Shown one piece after another: positions 46,801 through 57,800 of a stretch of DNA of 64,000 nt. The DNA lies in assembly GCF_001447785.1 (NCBI RefSeq), contig NW_015170908.1, positions 266,233-330,232 on the forward strand, in the 5' to 3' direction. Source of the stretch: Gekko japonicus (lineage: Eukaryota). How positions within the stretch are numbered: position 1 is the stretch's first letter; each line of letters starts with the position of its first letter. The notes beneath the pieces are model-generated. The model was not told the DNA's origin. It saw only the letters and a program-made list of their open reading frames with translations, and ran no database searches. The position numbers and the translations under genes were made by a program.

Positions 46801-49800
46801 CGGGCGGCTGATTGTACTCATATCTGTATCTGGGATGGGATCTCCAGTTCAGATTGGAGTTTCAGGATCAGACCTTGAAATACAACAAGCAAACAACTGT
46901 GCTGTATTGACCAGACAAAACCAGGAGGCCAAGCTGTTCGTATTCATATCAGGAATTTCAGGAAGGGGCCATTGCCTGCTCTGGGAGGTGGAGTTTGGGA
47001 AGGGGAAGAGACCACAGCAGGATATAATGTCAGAGTCCACCTTCCAAAGCAGACAGTCTCCAGGGGAAGTGATCTCTGTCATCTGGAGACCATTTGTAAT
47101 TCCGTGATCTCCAGCCATGAACTGGAGGTTAACAACAAACATGACATACACGGATGAATACCAATAAAAGGGGGAAATCCTCTGTATAATTAAACCTCCA
47201 AAAATACATAAAGACATTAAGTATAATGTTTACAAAGTATTTACATAATTAGCAATACACACAAAACAATCTCAATACAGATCTTGGAATTCATATAAAT
47301 AAATTGTGCAAATAGGGGAAGATCCAGGTTCATTAGTTACAGAACAAAGGATTCAAATGTAAATTGCAAATTCAAAAGCCCGTTCAATACACCAATAGTA
47401 CTTTTGAATTTGTAATTTACATTTAGCTGGAACGGAACTTGCAGAGCTGCTATGTGAACAGCACTGGAAGTCTTCAGGAACAGAGGATTCTACTCGCCTG
47501 AAGTACTATTGGTGTATCGAGTGGACTTTTGAATTTGCAATTTACATTTGGATCCTTTGTTCTGTGTGATTCATGAAATTTTCCCTATTTGCACAATTTA
47601 TTTATATGAATTTCAAGATTTGTACTGAGATTTGTGTGTGTTTCCTGGCTATGTAAATAATTTGCAAGCATCCTATTGAGTGCCTTTGATATTTTGGGAG
47701 GTTAATCATATGGAGGATTTCCCCCCCTTTTTTTGTATTCATGATATGGAGGTTGGCAGCCCTATTTCTATCCCATTAGGGAATGCTTAGTATTTGGATT
47801 TCAACTATTTGCACAAAAAAGAAAAGGGCAAGCAACAAGGACAAAAACNNNNNNNNNNNNNNNNNNNNNNNNNNNNNNNNNNNNNNNNNNNNNNNNNNNN
47901 NNNNNNNNNNNNNNNNNNNNNNNNNNNNNNNNNNNNNNNNNNNNNNNNNNNNNNNNNNNNNNNNNNNNNNNNNNNNNNNNNNNNNNNNNNNNNNNNNNNN
48001 NNNNNNNNNNNNNNNNNNNNNNNNNNNNNNNNNNNNNNNNNNNNNNNNNNNNNNNNNNNNNNNNNNNNNNNNNNNNNNNNNNNNNNNNNNNNNNNNNNNN
48101 NNNNNNNNNNNNNNNNNNNNNNNNNNNNNNNNNNNNNNNNNNNNNNNNNNNNNNNNNNNNNNNNNNNNAGATATGCTAATGAGTTCCTGGTGTTGGGTGT
48201 GGCCTATTATGCTAATGAGTTCCTGCTGGCCTTTTTCTACAAAAAAAGCCTTGGTTACGGGGTACGAACGCGGGATTCTGGCTGCTAGGCCAACGGTGGC
48301 GTTTTCTTTCCTCGAATGTCACAATCCTTTCCCCCCTCTCCTTGCAGCTGTCTTGGTGGTCACCCGGGTCTTGGTCATCCTGTCCGGCTTCCTGACTCTT
48401 GCCGCCCTCCCCCCTTTCATTGCCGGGATGAAATGCACCAACCTGATCCGTGACAAAGTCCCTCGGAAATACAAGTTTTCCCTTGCTGCTGGGAGTTTGT
48501 TCCTCCTAGGAGGTAAATATGGTCTTGGTCTTTTTTTATGGGGATGGGGCAAATGTATTCTCTCTGGGCTGTGGCACTGGGAAGACCTCCAAAAATTAAA
48601 AAATAAATAAACAAAACACATCTCTAAGGAATGCGGCCTTTTTTGACTGGGCCTCTTCCTGTGCCTTTGGTGGCATGCAACACACAAAATTTAAGCGGCA
48701 AAGCTTTAGGGTGGGCTGTGGCTTCGTGGAAGAGCACCTGCTTGGCATGCCGAAGGCCCTAGGTTCAAACTCTGCTATCTCCAGTTGACATGATCAGGTG
48801 GTAGTTGATGTGAAAGACCTTGCTCCAAGGCCTTGGAGAGCTGCTGCCAGTCTGAGTTGACAATATTGACCTTGATGGATCTATGGCCTGATTCAGTATA
48901 AGGCAGCAGTATAAGGCAGCTTCACATGTATATAGGTCCTGGCATTTATTTATTTATATTCTAATTTATATCCCGCTCTACCCTGCCAAAGCAGGCTTCG
49001 TTCTCACAGCACCCTAGAGGCCACAGCTGAAGCAAGGTGGCTAGCAACTCACTCCCAATGGAAAAGCCAAGCCACAACCTGAGGCTCTATAAGGCAGGAG
49101 GAACCCCATTGGCCTCGCCCATTGTTGAATGCGGCCAGCAGGAGAAAAATGAAGCAGAAAAATTGCCGTCGGCACAATGCCCCCAAAAGTGACCTAATGC
49201 CATTGCACTGATGGCACCCCCCTGTGCCCTCACCCCTTAGAGTTGCCAGGCCCCTCTGGCCACCGGCAGGGGATGGGGGTAGGGTTGAGAAACTGAGGTT
49301 AGGAAACTCCTGGAGATTTGAAGATGGTACCTGGGGAGGACAGGGACCTCAGTGGGCCACAGTGCCACAAAGTCCATCCTCCAAAGCAACCGTTTTCTAC
49401 AGGGGAACTGATCTGCATAGTGTGGAGATGAGCCGAAGTTCCAGGGGATCCCCAAGTGCCACCTGGAGACTGGCATCTCTACCAACCCCTCAGAGTCCTG
49501 CTAGTTGCCAGCTGGCTACCTGGAACCCCTAAGAGACTTTGGAGGGCAAAGCCTGGGGGGGGGGAAGATGTTGATGCATCAACTTCACTTCTGGCTAAAA
49601 CTCGGAAGCAGTGTCACCGATGCTCAAGGATTTCAATGAGATCTATGGTAAAAGCAAACTCTTAAGAGAGTCGGTGATGTCACTCCAGGTTTTAATTGGA
49701 AGTGACATTGATGTGTCAGCAACATACTTCCCCCCCCCATTCTCCCCATTGCTGGCAGTGGGGGGCTAGGATATGGTTGCAGGAGATCACCCATCCTAGT

Positions 49801-52800
49801 GGATAAGTTGGCAACCCTAATTAATGTACACATCCTCTGTAGACTAAAAGCATCAGCGGTTTGGTATTAGAAACAGGGGACTGGATTCAGTCCCTCCCCT
49901 TCTTCGTGGAACAGCTGGTCGGTGGGATTGTAGCTAGTCTGAAAGTCTTCCAAAAGTTCTGAGCCAAAAGAACAAACATCCTCTCAGCTTTTCAATTAGT
50001 ACAGGATGGGTCACTGCAGGCAAACATGAATCCTGCGCAGTGAAGCGTGAACAGGGAGAACTCTGGAGTGTATAATCCTGTGGGTCAAACCCCAGTGCCT
50101 CTTCTAGCCAAGAAACACTCCCCCTACAAAGTTCTCTCTGCCTTGTGGTCGTCAAAGGTACAGGCAGGGATCATTTCGTAGAAAAAGAGGTGCAGGAGCT
50201 CATTAGCATAACATTTGCATATGCCACACCCCCTGACATCACCGGAAGTGTGTCAGAAGGCAACACCCACCGCTCAGGCTCCACTGGACTGTTTTGGATT
50301 GCTAGCTATTGGGGGGGACGGGGGGCGTGCAGATCTGTCCTCGCAGAGGAGGGAGAGCTTGTACCTGATTAAAACTTGGCCTTAAAGGTGCCACTGGACT
50401 GTTTTGGACTGGGGGTGCGGGGGGGGCTCTGCAACTTACCTGGCTGCTTCTTGCTCTGTGAGGGCTGCTGGGAGCAGGGCTTGTTGCATGTGCCCGCCCC
50501 CTGAGCTCTTTACTGCCGGAGCTCCGCTCCTGCAGGAAATGACCCCTGGGTACAGGGACCCCACGAGGGGGTGGGGGAGCAAGTTTGGTGATCATCACAT
50601 GGCCGCTCCTCTCTCTTTCGCAGGTACAGCTGGTGCAGTGGCTGTCCTTTGGTATGGCATCGACACTGTGCAGAAGTATAAACTAGAGGTAAACTTGACT
50701 TCCTGGGGGCACAGATGGGCAGTTTAAAACAAGCGCACTAAGGTAGCTCCAGAATTGTATCAGGAAAGCCAGTGCGGTGGAGTGGTTTGAGTTCTGATAA
50801 GAGCTGTTCTTGAAAAAGAGCAGTTTCTTTCAGAGCTCTCTCAGCCCCACCTACCAGGGTGTCTGTTGTGGGGAGGGGAAGGGAAAGGAGTTTGTAAGCC
50901 GCTCTGAGACTCCGAGTGAAGGGCGGGGTATAAATCCAGTCTCCTCCTCCTCCTCCTCCTCCTCCTCCTCCTCTTCTTCTTCTTCTGGCAGTAGCCCAAT
51001 CGTTCGCTCACAACTTTAATGCCAGTAGCTCACAAAGTAGGATTTTTGCTCACAAGACTCCACAGCTTAGAGGGAGCACTGGTCTTGAGCCCTGCTAACT
51101 GGCCTGCTTACGGGCTGTCCTCTTCTTGGAAAGCAGAAGATTGACCCTCCATCCCCAATCAGCAAGGGGCTTCCTTCCAGACTTTGGGCCTTGATAGCTA
51201 TACAACCATGCCAGCCACCATCCTAGATTACCGTGTAAAACAGACTGGGGAAGAGAGTTCCACAAACAGGGTGCCACTGGCACTGCCTATTTTTGAGGGC
51301 CAAAAACCTTACCTCAGAGGAGAGGGGCACCAACCAGAACTTTAATAAAGAGCTTTTAAAAAGCAGGGTGACACACTACAGGTGGGTGAAAAGTGTCCAT
51401 TGCCATCTTTCAAGGTAGCCAGCTTTTCAAACTGACCTCTGTCGCTCTGCTCTTAATACCATTTTTATCATTATTGGGGATTTTCCATTGGAACCCTTCA
51501 CCTACTGATTTCTTCACAGTGAGCACAAGAACAGAATAAGCTGGTCAGTTGGCAATTCTCTGCCCTGCTTTCTTGCTCTCCCCCATAAAAATGCATACAT
51601 TCCTCCCTGCAATTTTATTTTTTTCCCTTTTATATACAGTTAACAGAAGAGTTCAGCAGCCCCCACCCCATGGATATTCATTGGCAGAAAATGTCACTGG
51701 TGAAATTAAACCACGGCGCAGTATTGCTAGCTGTGCAAGGAAACATATTCTTCTCGCTTTGGTGGGGGGAATGAACAACTTTCCCCCTCATGCTTTAATA
51801 TTAATGTCCATTCCCTCACAATTGACTGTTTGTATTTTGTCCCCACAGGCCAGAACAATTGCTTGCATTAAAAACTGGGCAATGAGAGGAATTAATGCAT
51901 ATATATATATATATATACACACACACATACACACACATGAATGAAACTATGATCTAAATCCATAGACTAAAGCTCATTGTGATGGAACATTATGACAAAA
52001 TAGCAGCTTTCTCTAACGAAAGAGGGCCCTGCTGGATCAGACCAGTAGTCCATCTAGTCCAGCACCCTGTCTCACACAGTGGCCAGCCAGTTCCTCTGGA
52101 GGTCCAGCAGGGCAGAGAGGCCGAGACCTTCCCCTGATAATAAGAACATAAGAAGAGCCCTGCCAGATCAGACCAGGGGTCCATCTAGTCCAGCATCCTG
52201 TCTCACACAGGGGCCAACCAGTTCCTCTGGAAGGCCAACAACAGGGCACAGAGGCTGAGGCCTTCCCCTGATAAAAAATATCAGAAGAGCCCTGCCGGAT
52301 CAGACCAGTGGTCCATTAGTCCAGCATCCTGTCTCACACAGTGGCCAACCAGTTCCTCTGGACAGTCAACAACAGGGCACAGAGGCTGAGGCCTTCCCCT
52401 GATAAAAAAATATCAGAAGAGCCCTGCCAGATCAGACCAGTGGTCCATTAGTCCAGCATCCTGTCTCACACAGTGGCCAACCAGTTCCTCTGGACGGTCA
52501 ACAACAGGGCACAGAGGTTGAGGCCTTCCCCTGATGTTGCCCCCTAGCTCTGGGATTCACAGGCTTAGTGCCTGCAGATAGAAATTTTGTCTTTGACAAA
52601 TTCCTATTAGCTGTCAACTTTTTTTATTTTTTGGCCATCAAGTCACAGCAGACTCACAGTGACCCCCTAGGGTTTTCCAAGGCAAGAGATTTCAGAGGTG
52701 GTTTTGACCATTGCATCATGACCCTGGTATTCCTTGGAGGTCTCCCATCCAACTACTTGCCAGGGCAGACTCTGCTTAGCTTCTGAGGTCTAATGAGATT

Positions 52801-53844
52801 GGGCTAGCTTGGGCTATCCGGATCAGGGCGTATTTTTGTTGCCTGACAAAAAATTCACCATTGTTTGGGCTGCTGAGAGATTTTCCAGGATCCCCTCCAG
52901 GAGCCAATTTGGTGTAGTGGTTAAGATCGGTGGATTCAAATCTGGGAGAACTGGGTTTGATTCCCCACTCCTCCACATGAAGCTCGCTGGGTGACCTTGG
53001 GTCAGTCACAAGTTCTCTCAGAGCTGTTCTCTCAAGAGCAGTCCTCAACAGAGCTCTCTCAGCCCCACCTACCTCACAGGGTGTCTGTTGTGGGGAGTGG
53101 AAGGGAAGGAGATTGTAAACTGCTCTGAGACTCTCGATTGAAGGCCCGGATATAAATCCAATTCTTCTTCTTAAAGGTTAATCTTGGTACTAGCAGATAG
53201 CTTAAATATTTTTGCCAATGGAAATCCTTAGCAGTTGAAAACATAATTCTCTTTTCCTCCATTTTCTCACAACAGCAGCCCTGTGAGGTAGGCTAGGCTG
53301 AGAGGGAGTAACTGGCCCAAGGTCACCCAAGGAAGCTTCTATGGCAGAGTGGGGATTCGAACCTGGGTCTGACACTCTAACCATTACACTGCGTTGGCAC
53401 TCAATCACAGCCAGAGATTGTGATTAGTGTTAGACTAGGACTAGGGGGACTCTTCAGCCTCCCACCTTGCCATGAAGATCCTTGACTGACTTTAGGTCAG
53501 ATGCTGTTTCTTAACCCAGCCTACCTTGCAGGTTTGTTGTGAGAATCAGTTAGCAGGAGAGAACAATGAGCTCCTTGAAAGGAAGGGGGGCTAACAATGT
53601 GATCTGTAGGCCGCCTGCCCCTGGTTCTTTCATGGCTTCAATTTTCCTCCAGGTCACCTTTAGCATTCCTGGTGTGACGTACGAACTCGGCTATGCCTAC
53701 TGGATGGCTGCAGGGGGCACTGCTTGCGCCTGTTCTGCCGGGATTCTGCTGATTGTCGCCAGCTGTCTCAATGCCGAGAGTCCAGGAAAGGATCAGAGCC
53801 CTCGGCGGCACTGCCCTCCTGATTTCAAAGGCACATACCTGTGA
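43759..53844 (+). CDS. Divergent claudin-16-related claudin, 5 exons, 220 aa
   Basis: Exons 43759-43863, 46636-46771, 48348-48512, 50624-50688, 53653-53844 (663 nt, phases consistent). Claudin signature W...GLW..C...C, with DCW, CRGLW and EHP motifs, four hydrophobic segments, and C-terminal TYL. Confidence 0.9.
44186..44540 (+). mobile_element. Sauria SINE
   Basis: Full length, flanked by accctagggg direct repeats. Confidence 0.85.
46636..46771 (+). CDS. Plus-strand claudin exon 2 (ECL1)
   Basis: QDAKDPLSSVGLSVRCRGLWSECIFDNVANFWTCDIPISYLSEHP, tgcag/gtaag. Confidence 0.92.
47153..47742. repeat. Long imperfect inverted repeat (~250-bp arms, ~100-bp spacer)
   Basis: e.g. ttcatataaataaattgtgcaaatagggg vs ttccctatttgcacaatttatttatatgaa; atacaccaatagtactt vs aagtactattggtgtat. 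Confidence 0.85.
47849..48168. other. Assembly gap (others 26354-26370, 57971-58306)
   Basis: Runs of N. Confidence 1.
48348..48512 (+). CDS. Plus-strand claudin exon 3
   Basis: 165 nt; VLVVTRVLVILSGFLTLAALPPFIAGMKCTNL...AGSLFLLG. Confidence 0.92.
50624..50688 (+). CDS. Plus-strand claudin exon 4
   Basis: TAGAVAVLWYGIDTVQKYKLE|gtaaa, 65 nt. Confidence 0.85.
52020..52560 (-). repeat. Tandem array of ~130-bp CR1-like 3' tips (4 copies); similar 3-copy array at ~36635-37010
   Basis: Repeated aagagccctgc..gatcagacca..ggtccat.tagtccagcatcctgtctcacacag. Confidence 0.8.
53653..53844 (+). CDS. Plus-strand claudin exon 5
   Basis: VTFSIPGVTYELGYAYWMAAGG...DFKGTYL*; ATTAAA at 53882. Confidence 0.88.
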   Translation, partial: VTFSIPGVTYELGYAYWMAAGGTACACSAGILLIVASCLNAESPGKDQSPRRHCPPDFKGTYL

Positions 53845-53969
53845 AGGTGAGCCTCTCTGCCAGCAGGGAGTCCAGATACCTATTAAACCAGAAACCAGCC
53901 TGATAGTGTCATTTTTGTGTGTGACTGAGCTGGTTCACCTTAATCACACATTGACTGATAACAAGCACT

Positions 53970-54765
53970 AACACTGCCTGGGGTACAGGCAACCTCAAAA
54001 TCTAGCCCTCCCTCTTTAGTTAAAAGAAAAGGTCCACACAATCAGTGATCCCAGCATAGATAGTTGACACAACGTCCGGGGCTGACAGCGGTATTGTCTT
54101 TGGGGGCTTCTGAGGGGGGGGGGACATATGGTGCAGGCAACCTGAAAATACAGCCCTCGCTCCTTAGCGAAAATAAAAGGTCCACACAATCAGTGATCCC
54201 AGCACTGACAGCTGACACGTGGTGCTGGGCAGATAGCACTATAGTCTTATGGGGCTGCTGGCGGGGGAAGGATTCACACGATGCAGGCAGCTTCAAGCTC
54301 TAGCCCTCCCTTCTTAGGTAAAATAAAAGGTCCACACAATCAGTGATCCCAGCACTGACAACCGACACGTGGTACATTGTCTTATGGGACTGCTGGAAGG
54401 AACACAAGGTGCAAGGAAATCTGGCCCTCCTTCCTTAGCCAAAAGAAAAGGTCCACACAGTCAGTGATCCCAGCACTGACAGCTGACACGTGGCACATTG
54501 TCTTATGGGACTGCTGGAGGGAACACAAGGTGCAAGGAAATCTGGCAGTCCTTCCTTAGCTAAAAAGAAAAGGTCCACACAGTCAGTGATCCCAGCACTG
54601 ACAGCTGACAGAGTGCTGGGCAGATAGCACTATTGTCTTTTGGGGCTGCAGGGCGTGGGCACACATGGTGCTGGCAACCTCAACATCTAGCCCTCCCTCC
54701 TCAGCCAAAAGGAAAGGTCCACACAATCAGCGATCCCAGCACTAAGAGCTGCCATTATGGGGGCA
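53970..54765. repeat. Six-copy tandem array (~120-150 bp units) between the convergent claudin stop codons
   Basis: Core aaaggtccacaca(a/g)tcagtgatcccagcactgaca at ~54028, 54176, 54326, 54447, 54569, 54713. Confidence 0.9.
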
Positions 54766-54778
54766 TTCTTCGGCTGCA

Positions 54779-54867
54779 TCACACTCGGGAAGCGACAGCG
54801 TACATCTTGCAGGTGACTGCCCGTGAACGGAACATGAGCCGTTGAGGTCTCTGGGAGAAAGCTGCAT
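54779..54867 (-). CDS. Claudin-16-like exon 5 (NAGNAG acceptor)
   Basis: [29 protein letters not shown]; PDZ-type S-R-V end. Confidence 0.88.
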
Positions 54868-57800
54868 CTGCTGGGGATGGAAGAATTAGAGAACTGAGTT
54901 TTTGAGGTGCCGCTTCTCACCTTTAAAGCCCTTCTCCGCCTGGGGTTCATGTAGCTGACAGCCAGAGTGGTGTAGTGGTTACAGTGTTGGACTTAGATCT
55001 AGCAGACTCAGGTTCGAATCCCCACTCTGCCATGGAAGCTTGCTGGGTGACCTTGGGCCAGTCACACACTCTCGGCTTAACAGGATGAAGATAAAACGGA
55101 CGTGAGGAGAATTTGCAAGCCACTTTGGTTCCCCAGTGGGGTGGGAATGAATAGTAATTAATTAATTAATTATCATATGGCATGGGTGTGTGTAGAATAG
55201 GCAGGAGATCCTAGGATTGCCTGTCAGCCAGACGTTCTAGCTCTTTACTGTTATGCACCACTAGGTGGCGAGCTCGACTTGTTTTTAAGGCAAGAGATGT
55301 TTCAGAGGTGGTTTGCCACTGCAACTCGAGTTCCAGACGAAACAAATACTAACCCGTGACGGCGTAAAAGCAGCAAGTCAACACGACGGATGCTAGGAAG
55401 CCTCCGGTGGAGCCTGCCATTCCCATCCAGCAAGACCAACCGAAGTCGTAATGGACGCCCACAAACACGTTGTGTAACAGGAGTCTGACCCTCTCCAAGT
55501 AGACATCGACGGCGTACCACACTGAGCCTACCAGTCCGAGGATACCTGGCAGGCAAAGAGGTCCAGTCAGCTACACGTCAAAGCAGGGTTGCCAGCTCCA
55601 GGTTGGGAAATACCTGGAGACTTAGGGGGTGGGGTGTAAGGAGGGAGGGGTTCGGGGAGGGGAGAATGGGGTCCAATGTCAGAGAGTCCACCTTCCAAAG
55701 TGGCCATTTCCCCCAGATGATTTCTGTCACCTGGCAGGGCTATCTTTGGGCAGAAACGCACAGGAACGGAGTTCCGGCTGGCTCTCAAGTTGGCCACGCC
55801 CAGCAGGAACTCATTAGCATAATAGGCCACACCCAACAGCAGAAACTCATTCGGATTGGCTACGTTAGGGGTGTGTGATATGCTAATGAGTTTCTATTGT
55901 TGGGTGTGGCCTATTATGCTAATGAGTTCCTGCTGGGCTTTTTCTACAAAAAAGGCCCTGTCTCCTGGAGATCAGTTGTAACACTGGGACATCTCCAGCC
56001 ACCAGCTGGAGGTTGGCAACACTACATCAAACTGTCCTGTGTAATTGCTTAGAGTTGCCAGGTGTCCCCTTTCCTCATCGGGAAACTCCTGGAGATTTGG
56101 GGGTGGAGCCTGGGAAGGACAGGGACCTCAGTGGGCTATAATGCCACAGAGTCCACCCTCCAAAGCACCCATTTTCTCCAGGGGGACTGATCTCCGTAGT
56201 CTGGAGATGAGCTGCATTTCCAGGGGATCCCCAGGGGCCACCTGGAGGCTGGCACCCCTAGTAATTGCTAAGGTTGCCAGTCTCCAGCTGGTGGCTGGAG
56301 ATCTCCTGGCATCACAACAGGACTCCAGGTGACACAGATCAGTTACCCTGGATAAAATGGATGCTTTGGAAGGTGGGCTCTATGGCATTGTACCCCACTG
56401 AGGTCCCTGTCCTCCCCTCCCCGAACCCCGCCCTCCCCAGGCTCCACCCCCAAAATCTCCAGGTATTTCTCAACCCCGAGCTGGTATCTCTACTATTTGC
56501 CCTGAAGAAGTTTGGTTCGATATTAGTGCCACGTGCTTCCCCGAAGACTTACTTCCGACCCCGAGCACCAGTCCAGATGAATAGCGCATCTTCAGCTTGA
56601 TTTGCGGCTCGTCCTTCAGGAACTTGATGCAGTCGAGGCCCAGCGCCAGCAGGGCCAAAGCGAAGCCCGAGAGGATGTCGGCTGTGATCAGCAAGGCCCG
56701 AGTCACCACGATCTTCACTGAGGGGAGAGAGCAAAGCGAGGCTGGACGAATGAGTGCCAGGCCGGATTCAGTCTTGCTTTATCATTTCCTTTACAGAACC
56801 TCTCTTTCTCTCCCTCCACTAGAGTTGCCAACCTCCAGGTGGTTAGCAATATACGAGAGATCACAGGAAGAAGAAGAGGAGGAGGAGGAGGAGGAGGAGA
56901 CTGGATTTATACCCCGCCCTTCACTACCCAAAGGAGTCTCAGAGCGGCTTACAAACTCCTTTCCCTTCCCCTCCCCACAACAGACACCCTGTGAGGTGGG
57001 TGGGGCTGAGAGAGCTCTGACAGAAACTCAAGAAAGCTCTTATCAGAACTACGGCTTGCCCAAGGTCATCCAGCAGGTGCAAGTGGAGGAGTGGGGAATC
57101 AAACCTGGTTCTCCCAGATTAGAGGCTGCGCACTTAACCACTACACCAAACTGGTGGTTCAGTACAACCAAAATACAGCCTCCTCCTCCTGCGGCAGGGC
57201 CCAGCAGGGAAGCCATCATTCAGGGCTTTTGGCAGCAGCCCGGCCCTGCTCCCCTCCCCGACCCCTTCCCATGGCGGCGGCGATTGCCCGGTTAGGGTGG
57301 TGGTGGGTTTTTTTGGCAGGGGGGTGGGGCGCACTTTGGCGCCCCTGAGGGCCGGCGCGCCCTAGGCGAGCACCTAGTTTGCCTAGCGGGCAAGCCGGCC
57401 CTGGCCATGATATAATTACTCCATGATAAATTGCATAGTCGATTATATTGTTTGCCAGCAAAGAACTTTACACTGAGACAGACTGAAGTTGTGCAACAGA
57501 ATTCTACAAATGAATTGGACAAGATTGGTTTGACTGCCAGGTTTGCCTTGAGAAAGGACGGAAACGGGGATCTTGAGCCGGCCCGCTGGAAGCCTGGGCA
57601 GTTGCCACACTTGGACTAAACATACACGAGAAGAAACCGATATGGAAACAATTAGAACTGAACTTTGGCACGAGTACTTTCTTTAACACTTTTATCTGTT
57701 ATACGGTTTGCACGGAAATGTTTGTGTGAACGTGCTTGGTAAGCAATATAATTGACTGCACAATGTTACACTGAGTAATTATATCACGGCTGGAGTTTGG

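Noticed and set aside
47783-48610. Long ORFs spanning N runs (also 57797-58549)
   Set aside because: Created by assembly gaps; only 48348-48512 is a real exon.
53970-54765. CRISPR-like repeat-spacer appearance
   Set aside because: Vertebrate DNA; the inter-core segments are homologous to each other, so this is an ordinary tandem array.
42990-55320. Inverted ~150-bp copies (~42990-43140 and ~55155-55320) bracketing the plus-strand claudin, suggesting an inversion
   Set aside because: The second copy lies inside CLDN16-like intron 4, whose exon order is intact; more likely two members of a 5S-SINE subfamily.
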